NCBI GenBank assembly: GCA_039545335.1 | Contig: BCIN01000002.1 | Span: 2,696,678-2,760,677 of the forward strand | DNA: 64,000 bases | DNA from: Kondoa subrosea | Taxonomy: Eukaryota | Direction of reading: 5' to 3' | Shown here: one piece after another, positions 53,386-64,000 of the stretch | Layout: every line of letters begins with the position of its first letter | Position numbering within the stretch: position 1 is the first letter of the stretch | Program-made: the position numbers and the translations under genes | Notes under the pieces: model-generated | Database searches by the model: none | Told to the model about the DNA's origin: nothing | The model's input: only the letters and a program-made list of their open reading frames with translations

Positions 53386-56300
53386 TTACAGTCGAACCAC
53401 TCCCGCAATTGCTGTTAACAGCAAGGAGTCTACATAATCCGGCAGATGCTTGTCGAATTCGACAAAGAAGTCCATGCCCTGTCACAAGTAAGCATTCTGA
53501 CCAGAGAGAAAAAAAATTATCAAACAACTGACTGGTCGGGTTCCAGGAATATATGATCGCCTCTTTGCTACATTCAAGATTTAGTCTACTCTTTGGCGTG
53601 TTTTGATATGTCAACAAACGGACCTGGATACATCCCAAGCTCGTCTAGCCCACTGAAATCGATCTTGAGCGTAGCCAAATCTTCATCTTCTGCGCTAGAA
53701 TCTCCTCTTTGTCCTTTCTTCCGTTGTGATTCCCTTAGATGAGCTTGCAGCTGATCCTCCGTCAATTGCAAAGTCATCTTGAGAGTCCATCGATCAGTAC
53801 CATAGCCAGAAGCTTCCTATACGGACATCAGCAAACAAGAACTTCAGACCGACAGAGACTCTTACTTTGACATGATGCCTGATGATGCCTCTTTCAGGTG
53901 GTTGTGGCAGATCCTGAGTACGATTTAAGGACGGGCAGGAGTGCAAAGGCATTGTAGCTTACCCATGATATCACATCAGCATCGAAAGCTATGACTGTCC
54001 ATATTATACCAGGATGACTGATGGCGATTTCTAAGTCTCTTGTCTTTCGAGGTACATTGACGGTTGAATGCAATATCGTGATTGCAAATTTATCGATCCA
54101 AGCTGATTGATAGTCTGAAGGTGGTTCAAGAGGGACTTTGTAAGCCGTCAAGAATTGAGAAACAGGGAATAGGATATCGTAATCGGGTATATCATCTGTA
54201 ATTCGACTTGCAAAACGAGATTGAGTAGATGTAGACTTCGGTCTTTGAAGATTGCTCACTCGAGCTGCAATTCGGTCGAATCGATTCCCATAGCACCAGT
54301 TGACGATTTGATCAAGTCATACAGATCGGTCGTCCTATCCATACTGGCAACATGCAGCTGCGCAGATAGTCAGTTTCACAAAGAATGCCCAAAAGTGCGT
54401 AACATACTTGTAGTGTTGGCGGTGTCGTCGAGATATTTTCGACACTTATAGCCGGATTAACGCTGGTCTGATGTGTATAAAGGCCGACCTACTGCAGACT
54501 TAAGAGGCGTTTTGGATGATTGCTATCGAAAGTGGCGAAAGAGGGCGAAGCGAAAATAGCCATTGACATGACTGATAGAAGGATTGATACACCTATCCAT
54601 CTTTCTAGCTTTTTGAGCCCGAATCGATGAGCGAGCGGCATAAGACTTGGAGTCGCTAAGAAAGTCAGCACAGCAACAAGAGAACCCATAATATGATCAA
54701 CAGGTGCGTCGGCTCCTAGTCTGCCACAAAGAGGTACGATGATATCGGTGAAAGAAAGTACTCCTTCTGTTCCGACAATGCAGGACATGACTTGAGCCAT
54801 AAAATAGGTGAACAAGTGAATTGATCGATCCGTTGATGAAGAGCCACGAGGTAATAGATAATCGTTGATAACGAAGCAGAGGATGAGCCATCCACCAGCT
54901 AAGGCGAAGAGATATGCGGAGCCTATGCCGAAGTATTGCAGTATTGTAGCTATGAATGACCAGTAGATAGTGATGGAAAGGAAGTTTCGATGTTCTATTG
55001 AGCTAGGAGTGATTGGTTCCAAGCTTGAAGGTGCATTGAGGTGTACTAGCCATTGTGCGCTTAGAATGCCAACTATTGCAGGAGGACTGTACAGAAGCAG
55101 CGAGAACAGCTCACTGCATGCCTTTATCAGCCAACATCAAGCATAACAATGTTTGACTTACTGCCTGAACCAACTTAGCGGCTTCAACCTATCCATAACT
55201 AAAGCCACCATATTTGCAAATATTATTGCACCAATCAAACTTCCCGGTACAGACAACAAAGAGAACCATTGTAATCGGATTTGGTCGCCTCTCATTCTAT
55301 TGACGAAAAGAGCAAGCATGACTAGACTCATGGCTCGATAGGCAGCGAGAGCTCTATCAGCTGAGTACATGAAGAAAAACTTGGAGCCAATAAATGTGAA
55401 GAACACAGGAGTCGCCTTTGTTTGATCTGTTTTAGTCGTCAAGATTGTTCCAGGCAGCGTTAGATGTCGCAAGATAGCAATAAGATTTTCTCCCATATTC
55501 GTGAGCGTTCCTGGTGAGAGGTTCTCAGCAATATCTTTCCTGTTTCGCCGGGTATTATGGCAATGAAGACAACAAGGGGTTAGTAACGAGCCTTGTATGA
55601 TAGAAGTAGCTGTTTGAGATGATTGCCATATCCAAGCCAGTCAGATTACCATATTGTACGAATTGCCTGCGCTACGGAGATTAGCTTGGAATGTATAGAA
55701 AGATAAAAGCAGCGTACCGGAAATCTGTATCGCTGACTATCAAGCCAGTTGCAAATACTTCCGTTGCTAGAATAGATCCATATGGATGCGGTACGTGGGA
55801 GTATGCTTCAATCATTTGCTGATTAGTTGCTTGAAATAGGATTTCTCTTCCTGTAGTACCAGCCCTATAGAGCACACAATTAAGCTTGCTTACTGCATTT
55901 TGAGGTATGCTCACGCTATAAGCAATAGATTAGCTGGGCTGAAGATAAAAGCAAAGCGATTTGACTGTTCTAGTTACCTTCTAGATTGACAACGGAACGA
56001 ATTGTGTCTTTTAAGGGATGTTGTGTGATAAACAGATGAGAGCAGTCTTGGAACGACTCTTCTGCGCCATTGAAGAGGAAGACGACTGAATTGTGAAGTC
56101 GTTGAGGTGTATTGACCAGTACTCTGATTGCTTCCAATGAAGTAACAACACCAGCCAGATCATCTGCTGCACCAGGAGATGGAAGAGTAGAGTCAATATG
56201 TGAATTTACGAGTATAGCATTGGCTTTAGAAGCTTCATCTTTTGCTGAGATGCGCACGATAATATTTGTCAGATTATAGTATTTCTTCCATACCATCTTG

Positions 56301-56764
56301 CCAATGAAGTCGAACAAATGAGCAGAACTTCCAGTCTGCTTAAAAATTTCTATCTCGTGCATTGAACCCAATTGCGATGCTTCGAGGTCTTTCTTCATGT
56401 CTTGCAACAAATCCAGCAGGTAATCTTGAGAGTCCACTAATTCCTTCGTGCCAACAATTCGGTACCCAAAGTGTTCAGCATCCGACATTCTCTTGATGAC
56501 ATTGATTGCTCTGCGTTCATTGAATTGAGGTAGACCAGTCTGGATGTCTATGTCATGACTCGTAGGAGTAGGCAGAGCTCTATGTAGCTGTGCAGCGACA
56601 TATGCTATTGTGCCAATGAAAGCAAGCAGAGATAGAAGAGTTGGTAAGATTCGTTTATGTCTTTTGGACTGCAAGACCACGCTTGTCTTATGCTGTGCGC
56701 TAGATATCCTAGATCCTTTGGTATCCAAGTCAGCTTTACGCTGAGGGGTATCCCGTTCGTCCAT
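53386..56764 (-). CDS. M28 family ER/vacuolar membrane metallopeptidase (ERMP1/PFF1-like)
   Basis: VNSHIDS, SPGAADD, FNGAEE, NLEAAG, SDTDFR, YHT, followed by multiple TM helices and HPKR. Confidence 0.92.
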
Positions 56765-57120
56765 GTCACGGTGCAAGAAAGACCTAAGATCGTCATTCAA
56801 CGTTGCAATTCCGACAACTTCTTTACTCGCAATAGTCAGGCTTCAGGCTGCAGCTGCCATAATATACCTTCCCTATGCTGCATGCATGGGAAAGCTCGCG
56901 TAGCTGAACACAATCCGTCTTTGTACCGTCTCAGTATTGCTTCAAAGCCTGATCACAAATCACCAGGATCTAAGACATTGCCAAGTCAGCTTCAGCCTTG
57001 CGACCGATGACTGTACTGCCACTTACATCCCTGAAATCACACTCATTGTTGACGCAAGCCGAAGTGACCATCATTGAAGCTTTGGTTATCTTTGCTCGAC
57101 CAACAGCTCGGAAAGCCACA

Positions 57121-58873
57121 TCAGGCAAAACGACTCTTGACCAGCAATCTATCGAGCAAGAATCCCGAGGGGCTAAGCGTAGACAAGACACGAGTTATTG
57201 TTTGACTTACGATCAGTACGTAAAGTAATGCTTTCTAAAGGGTGAACTTCTTCTTCCGATAAACGTTGCATGATAATAGAAAAGAGCGATTCATCGACCA
57301 ACGTTTGAGGTAAATCAAATGATTTGAGTTGCTTGAATTTCTATTACACAAACACGCAAAATCAAGTTTAAGAACAGCAATTTACGAGAAAGGACTTACC
57401 CATAGTAGACCAGAGAACAAAGGTAGAGCTGGTGCTTTGTTAGGCTGCTTCTTGCGATCAACAAGTAAAGTAAGGTGTTCCAGTTCCCGAGGTAGAACAC
57501 GAAGAAGATTCATTAGCCAATCATCTAGTAAATCTGGTGCGTTGTTGATGTATTGTACAATTTCAAAACTGTTTGCACCCGTCAGTCTTCCTTCAACAAA
57601 GTAGACGAGCAAAGTGTAAGTACCTCTTTAGACCAGGGCACTCCGCCAATAGCTTCGGGATAGCTTCATATTGAGCTTCGTCCACGCTCGAGATATACAA
57701 AGATCCTAAACTAAGTCGTTGCAGAGGACGGAACAGATTTGGGAAGAGCGAATCGAGTTTCCTCCGTTTAGCAAAGATTTGGGTCATGGCATGTAATAAT
57801 CCGCTATCAGGTGTGACTCTATCGGAAGCAAGAAAGATAAGCGAAATACATTTGCTGATAGGCTTCACTCACAGCGATATTTCGGTCAGGTTGAAAAGAC
57901 GGGGTAGAATTGATTCAGCGAAATAAGGCACTTCATCTATTAAATAGTCAGAGCGTTGTCTGCAGACTGCGCTCGAGGGACTGACCCAAATCAAAGCCTT
58001 GTCTTCAGCATACGCCAGACAATCAATACATGAGCAAGGTTGGTAATGACCGCTCGCTCACAAATGGTCTAAGCGCCTAAGTTTCGGCCATAGAGCAGCA
58101 AGATCTGGTAGTCGATCTTCTTTAGTAATATTATCTTCGACCGAATTCTCATGCATAAGCAATCGTCCAGCTTCGTAACCCATTTTTATCCCCGTCAAAG
58201 CAGTAGCAACGAGTCCTCTGCAGTATCATGAGGATTGACAATGACGTGGTATACACCTGTTTGACGCACAACGTTCGCAAGCTCATCCATAGCTCGCTTG
58301 CTGGTCCAGAGTAGAAGCTCAGATCCAAAGCTTTCAAATGCGCGCCAAGCTTGCAATGCGTATATCCTTGATACGCTGTCACTTTAGAAGTTCGTGTAGC
58401 CATGACGGTGTACAATGTAAGAGCGGGAGTCGTAAGAATAGGAACTAAAGATCCGAAGTGCCTCAGAGTGAGAGTATGAAAGAGTCTGCATGTTTGAAGA
58501 AGAGCGAAGCATGTGTCCAATCGTTGCTCGTGAGCTTTGCGGATGCCAGAGGGAGGAGAGCTCCAATCCTGATGTGATGTGATGGCTGTTTTACACCAAA
58601 GCTAGGCAACTAGAAGAAGCACTTCTCACCTCGTCATCTGCGTTGAATGAACTTGAGATCAGCAGGGACTTTCGACGAGGCTTAGCAGCTCTGCATACAG
58701 TCGAAGCTCGCGAGCTCCTCAAGCCTGTCATCCGCATCTTCATCGTATGTGCAGCACCAATAAAGCACCTCGTCTATCAATTCTTCGGGCAGATTGATGA
58801 AAGAATGCGAAGCTGGCAGCGCTGCATTGGAGCTAGTATTCATTGCTACCGCTTGCTCAAAGTGCAGGGGCAT
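57121..58873 (-). CDS. F-box / LRR-like protein
   Basis: FINLPEELIDEVLYWC, 8-nt micro-exon at 58630-58637, ALLQTCRLFH, then LRR-like LKALDL, CPGLK and LEHLTL. Confidence 0.65.
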
Positions 58874-58962
58874 TGCGCAAGGGTTGGGCGAGATGCTTGA
58901 TTGCAAAAGAGAGGTCAAACTGATTACGTGATTCTATTCAGCACTGTAACAAGAATGCGCTA

Positions 58963-59889
58963 CTAATCTCCATAGTAAATTTCCCTTTCTCGGCGGCTGT
59001 AAAACTGTCTCCATTCGGGCGAAGGACTTCTGTCACTGTCCCAGCCATCATAGGAGTACCGTTCAGAATGATCCGAGTCGGAAGACAAGCCTGAAAGGTC
59101 GGTCGGGGATGCAGGATGTATGATTGCGCCATACTTCTCTATCTCTTCACAAGACCATGCGCATATGAAAGTTTCTCTTGGTTCTCCCTCTTGATCAGCT
59201 GGTCGATCCTGCTTGGCACCTAAACGAGTCTTGCAATCCACGCAGAAGCGAACATACGCCTTCACTCAGCTATCGAACCAATTTGTAGTAAAGGAATAGA
59301 GGCCTCGTTTCGCTTGACGCCATTCCCCGCTTTCTTCGCCTGACAGATGTCTTATTCTGCTTTTCCAACCATAGTTGTTGCTTTTCACAGCTATATACCA
59401 GCTCTTAGAGACTTGCATACATCGAGATATAGCCAAAACTCGATCATCGGCTAGAAGATTGATGATCTTGTATTGCACCTCTAGGGGTAAATCACCTTTG
59501 GGGAGAGTGATGTAGATAGGAGTTGAGTCCAATATAGGAGAAGTGGGTTCATAAAGTTCTTCGCGGGCTCTTCTTCTGTATGAAATCTCTGGTTTTGCGT
59601 ACAAAGATTGATCGATGCTGCGGCGAAGATCCGAGAATGTGAACAGTTGATTAGTGTATCAGTTGCGCCCTCGTATGTTGAATCCCAAGCATGGCGCTGA
59701 CTCGACCGATCGGCGGTTTGATTTGAGTTCCAGATGACATCGATTGATTGCCAAAAGAGAGTCTTGAGAAGATGATCGGTAGTCTGACGAGAAGTTCAGG
59801 TATTTAATCAATACATTCCGACGCGCTCTCCCTGTATTTACGATTTGAGAATCGATGAATATGCAGTTGCAGTCGGGCGCACCCTTCAT
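58963..59889 (-). pseudogene. F-box protein interrupted by an in-frame TGA at 59266-59268 (pseudogene, null allele or recoding)
   Basis: DLPLEVQYKII...CMQVSKSW F-box. ORFs 59266-59604 and 58963-59265 are contiguous in the same frame. The start is uncertain. Confidence 0.5.
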
Positions 59890-60062
59890 GAATATCAAGC
59901 TGAAACTTCAGCATAATTCCAAAGCCATAAGTCAAGCTGGAACTTAAGTACAACAGACGTGCATTGCACTTCTATATTTCGCAGAAGAGGGTTCTAGAAG
60001 AGAGTTGTCCAAGCAGTGTCCAGGTATCCCATATATAGGGCTCCATTGTTGAGCTTGGAAAG

Positions 60063-60431
60063 CTAAGCCTGCGTTGTTTGTTTGCGCTTTCTGAGCTCTT
60101 CTTCAAGTTTGGTAATTAGCCATTCCTGTCCTATAGCTGAGCATGATGCAGATAACAAGTAAGTTGAATTCGACTCACCTGATCGCTCAAGCTGAGATCA
60201 CCTCCTTCTATCTGTCCAATCTGTTCTTTGATCCTACTCATTGTCTCCCTCAATTCCTTGCTCTATCGCCGACGCATGAGCGTGAAATTCGACAAGCAAG
60301 TCAAATGAACGAAATGTGCTCACCAATTCCGCAATCAACGCTTTCTGCTCTTGATCTCCCTGCTTGCTAGGTTCACAAGCACTCTCATACAGTTTCACAG
60401 TAAGGGGCAATAGTTGCGAGACCTCTTCCAT
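60063..60431 (-). CDS. Small coiled-coil protein, Mediator Med9-like
   Basis: Spliced C-terminus IEGGDLSLSDQEWLITKLEEELRKRK resembles the Med9 pattern. Confidence 0.5.
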
Positions 60432-60464
60432 TTCCTATTGATTGTTCGTTGTCAAGAACCGACC

Positions 60465-60959
60465 ATGGTCAGTCTCCCTCAATCTTTTCAACAGTGCGAC
60501 CTCTAAGTAATATTGTGTATAGTTACCTCTAGCCCTATTGCACGCGGCACAAAACAAGCCAATGTTGGTGGAATTGAAAAATGGTGAAACATTCAACGGT
60601 CATATGATTGCTTGTGACAATTTCATGAACATTACAATGAAGGAAGTTTATCAAACTTCGGCTGATGGAATGAGGTTTTGGAAAATGTCTGAAGGTTATG
60701 TTAGAGGTTCTCATGTGAGTTTCATTCCCCCTCGAGCTTATGTGATGAAGTTTGATGATTGGTTGGTTGTTAGGTCAAGTATATTAGAGTTGCGGATAAC
60801 GTTCTGGATCAAGTGAGAGAACAGGAACAAGAAGCGAAAGCTAGGAGAGAAAGAAATGCTGCTTCCGGACGAGGTTCATCGGATCGAGGTGGAAGAGGTG
60901 GCAGAGGTGGAGACAGAGGAAGAGGAAGAGGTCGTGGTGGTCGTGGAAGAGGGCAGTAG
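60465..60959 (+). CDS. LSM4: U6 snRNA-associated Sm-like protein LSm4
   Basis: M-LPLALLHAAQNKPMLVELKNGETFNGH..CDNFMN, VRGSHVKYIRV, RGG tail. First coding exon is the ATG alone (intron 60468-60522). Confidence 0.95.
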
Positions 60960-61048
60960 AGACCGGAAATCCGAAACAAGAGATACACAAGTATGTTTGC
61001 ATTGCATTATACCCTTCTTCCAAATTCCTGATTCTATGCTAGACAAAG

Positions 61049-61540
61049 CTATGACACATTCATCATGCTGCTTAAAATGTACAGCTCTTGCTCTTCGACT
61101 TGCGAGACAGGCGAGAAAATGGGTTCTTCGATACTGAAGATGCTGGCTTCTTCCATCCAAAATGGTACTCTCTTCTTCAACTTCTTTGATTTGGGCAATT
61201 GGATGTTGTGCGAGACTGCGACAATGGGGAGTGATGCAGGGAAGAAGCGTTTTTCAAGTCCCATAACTGAGAAGAGAATCGCTCAAAACAAATGCAATTA
61301 ACGATATAAGAGACACTTACGAGATAGGTCTTCTACTACTTGTGCAATCGGGATCCCTTCCACTTGCATTGCTTTCAGTATTAGGGCGGTCCATATGTAC
61401 AATTTGAGCATTGCCTTGAGCGGATGTCGCTTTCTAAGGCTGATCTGAGTGTTTGCAAGCGGAGCTGAAGAAGAGGCTGTAACACGTTCAAACACAACCA
61501 CACACAGAAGACACATGGATAACAGAACAGAAGTTTTCAT
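61049..61540 (-). CDS. Small secreted protein or peptide precursor with KR sites
   Basis: Hydrophobic N-terminus; a GTAAGT..CAG intron joins in frame to LMGLEKR; dibasic RKR, EKR and KKR sites. Alternative start at 61411. Confidence 0.5.
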
Positions 61541-61951
61541 CTGGCAATACTGAACTACAAAGGGAACAAAGGTGAAGACTTTCATATTCTGGACCAGAGT
61601 GAGCCGCGAAGAGGAAAAAAAAAACCGGTAGTAGTAGATTGTAACATCCAGTCGGCAGGAAATGATCCAGCATATACAAGCTTCGTTTTGAAGTGAAAAA
61701 GCTGGCTTCCTAATCTTCTTTGGAAAGTTCCCGGCTGGACATTGCTTTGCAAGGGTAGGTATCGCGTCTTATTGAGACAGCAGAAGACTTCGCAGAGGAC
61801 AGGACAACGAAGAGGAAGAAGAAGACAAAGAAAGTAGAAAAAGTTACAGATACAATTGGTTGGCATGACATAGCGTACCAAAAAAGTCTAAGCTGAGTAG
61901 CAGAATAAGTAAAAAAGAAATCGTATGCCTCTTCACTCCGATGCACCTCTA

Positions 61952-62794
61952 TCAGGTAGTCCTGGGGCGACGAAGGACGAAGATATGGGCATGCCAGACG
62001 ACCATTTCAGAGAGGCCCTTTCTAGCCCATTCACCCCAATTCCAAGCGTGAGTTTGTTGAAGAGCTGCATGCAAGGTTCTGTTCTGAGGGCCCAAATTCC
62101 AGTGATCATGGACAATACAAGATTGAGCATCAGGACCCGGGTGGTCGACGGACATAGCGTGAAGCAGATCAGACTTGGTCCAACTGCCCAGGATTTGTTG
62201 AGGTGTCGTTGCCTCTACTCGCTGATGATAAGGATTTTCTTCAAGGACGTCCCGATTTAACTCACCTGGTTTTGCTGAGTAGACTATAATCAGATCATCC
62301 CTCATCAAACTTCCACAACCGATAGTACCGAACAAAGTGGCGGTGTGAAAATTGACCAATAAACCAGATGGCCTGAGCAGCTGATGATGAGCCAATCCAA
62401 ACTGTTGCCAAAGTCCGCTCGGCACTCGCATGGGTGGGCGATCTTTCGGTGAGCTGCTTAGGCTTCTGACGTCTTGCATAATGTGATGCGCCAGTCCTAG
62501 AGCTTTGGGGCGTTCAAGGTGACGCAGCCAGACTTGTAGAATAGCACCAAAGCAGTTGAAACCACCTTGTTTGGGGTCGGCTTGTTCACCATTTATGACT
62601 TCCTGCGCCATCCGACGCAGATCTTTGGTGTATGTACCAGAAGAGTATGTTATGCCATCTCCGTTGGTAGGGTGAGAAAAAAAATTATGGACAGGCGTTG
62701 CATGAGCTGCAGGCGTTGAAACGAAAATACCGCAAATACCGCAATGAATGCAGGGAATGATATTTGATCCAGCATTGATGAGTGCATTCAACAT
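61952..62794 (-). CDS. Hypothetical 280-aa ORF
   Basis: ATG-initiated uninterrupted ORF with N-terminal CxxCxxC. A GTGAGT donor near 62265 suggests possible splicing. Confidence 0.35.
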   Translation of the reverse strand: MLNALINAGSNIIPCIHCGICGIFVSTPAAHATPVHNFFSHPTNGDGITYSSGTYTKDLRRMAQEVINGEQADPKQGGFNCFGAILQVWLRHLERPKALGLAHHIMQDVRSLSSSPKDRPPMRVPSGLWQQFGLAHHQLLRPSGLLVNFHTATLFGTIGCGSLMRDDLIIVYSAKPGELNRDVLEENPYHQRVEATTPQQILGSWTKSDLLHAMSVDHPGPDAQSCIVHDHWNLGPQNRTLHAALQQTHAWNWGEWARKGLSEMVVWHAHIFVLRRPRTT

Positions 62795-63058
62795 ATTGAG
62801 CGATGATTTGAATTGAGTTTATCGGAGGTTGATAATGAAGGAAAAGAAAGAACAAGAAAAGCAGACTTCAAATAGCTTTCTCAAAATACGCCGCGGTCCA
62901 CGGAGCGGAGCATAAGAAGAGCATTTTCAAAGAAGAAATCGGAGTACGCGTCATTCCGTGGCACTCAGTACCGCGGAACAGAAGAGGATTGACACAGCTC
63001 GTTCTAGTCCCATTACCTCTACGTAACACTCCCCTACAGGAAAACAAAAGCCAGCTTT

Positions 63059-64000
63059 TCATTCTTCTTCTTCTTGTGCTGTTTGTTGCACTGATTCGGC
63101 TGGTCCATCCAGCTCTTCGTAATGACGGTAAACGCCCTAGAGAATGTCATGATCAGTTCAAGCATGACACATGAGATCAGAGAACCAACATCACCACTGT
63201 CAGAGGGATTTAAGTTGGATCAATTTAACACCGATATGAATCAATTTCACGACTGACTATTTCTCTCTCCTGCCACTCTTCAAATATTTCTTGACTCCTT
63301 CAACCTCTTTCACACGTTCGTATAATTCCAAAACATTCTTCATCTTATCGGCATAGCTGTCCATGAATACAGGGAAAGCGAATTTCAGACCATCCACAAT
63401 TTGGAACAAAGTCAAATCCGCATAAGTGAGTTTAGAGCCGACTAGGTATCCTGATGGATTCTTTTCGACCAATGAATCCAAGTAAGAGAAGAACTTGGGC
63501 TGTTCAGATAATGTGTAAATAGAGGAGGAGAAAGGTGAGAAGGGGAAGAACGAACAAGACGAGTTTTGCGGAAATCTTGAGAGCGACGAATTGATTCGGT
63601 CTTTTGATCCTCGTAGTATAAGCCAGAAGCGATCGGATGATGCTATTAAGGAGTTTCTGAGATTTGATGAATGGAAAAGGAATAGCAACACTTACAGAAT
63701 CATGTGCTTCGTTGTTGAGATCCAGCAGAGTTAAAGTGATTTGGTTGACGGTGTACATATCCAAGGGAGACTCGCCAGCCAACCCCAACTTTGATCGAAC
63801 ATTGTCAGATTACGTAATCACTCTGTGCGAATAGAAGAGCACCTCTTGACCTAAGTACAGCAAGATGTTAGGAGTCTGAGAGATAATAGTTCCATTCTGT
63901 TCTTCCAATCTCAACAAAGGCGGAGCGAAATGTTGATGATCAGGTCCAACGAAGCTGAATAGTTCCTTGACGTCTTTGGGATCATTATAAGGAGTCTGCG
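63059..64000 (-). CDS. Glutathione S-transferase (5' end beyond the window)
   Basis: FAPP, ISQTPNILLYLG, HHPIASGLYYEDQK, LTYADL, C-terminal YGDGVYRHYEELD. Confidence 0.9.

Noticed and set aside
59266..59268. TGA as selenocysteine
   Set aside because: Dikarya are not known to have Sec machinery, and the context is not a redox motif.

Overview
Eukaryotic DNA from a compact, intron-rich fungus, most likely a basidiomycete (inferred from gene content and ~50-60 nt GT-AG introns with CTRAY-like branch sites). About 34 protein-coding genes are tightly packed, and most ORF-track entries are single exons or shadow ORFs. Housekeeping genes: ERG5, TSR2, VTA1, dynein roadblock, SWC5, NOP4, CTK3, UTP20, SLU7, PXR1, an RluA-type pseudouridine synthase, SPT7, an M28 ER peptidase, a Med9-like gene and LSM4. 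Enzymes: three alpha/beta hydrolases, an HxxxDG acyltransferase, an FAD monooxygenase, a MenA-like UbiA prenyltransferase, an AKR, a GH16 and a GST. There are also five F-box-like genes and several orphans. No tRNA, rRNA, CRISPR array or clear transposon was seen. The most unusual signals concern splicing. (1) A single-nucleotide exon at 55915 is needed to restore the conserved NLEAAG motif of the M28 peptidase. (2) A 9-exon, 95-aa GAIG-repeat gene (8026-8761), absent from the ORF track, has two pairs of adjacent introns that are near-copies of each other. (3) There are several 7-16 nt micro-exons and four GC-AG introns. Also notable are the MenA-like prenyltransferase, an F-box gene split by one in-frame TGA, and a candidate Kex2-processed peptide precursor. 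All gene models were spliced by eye, and family calls come from motif recognition rather than database searches.
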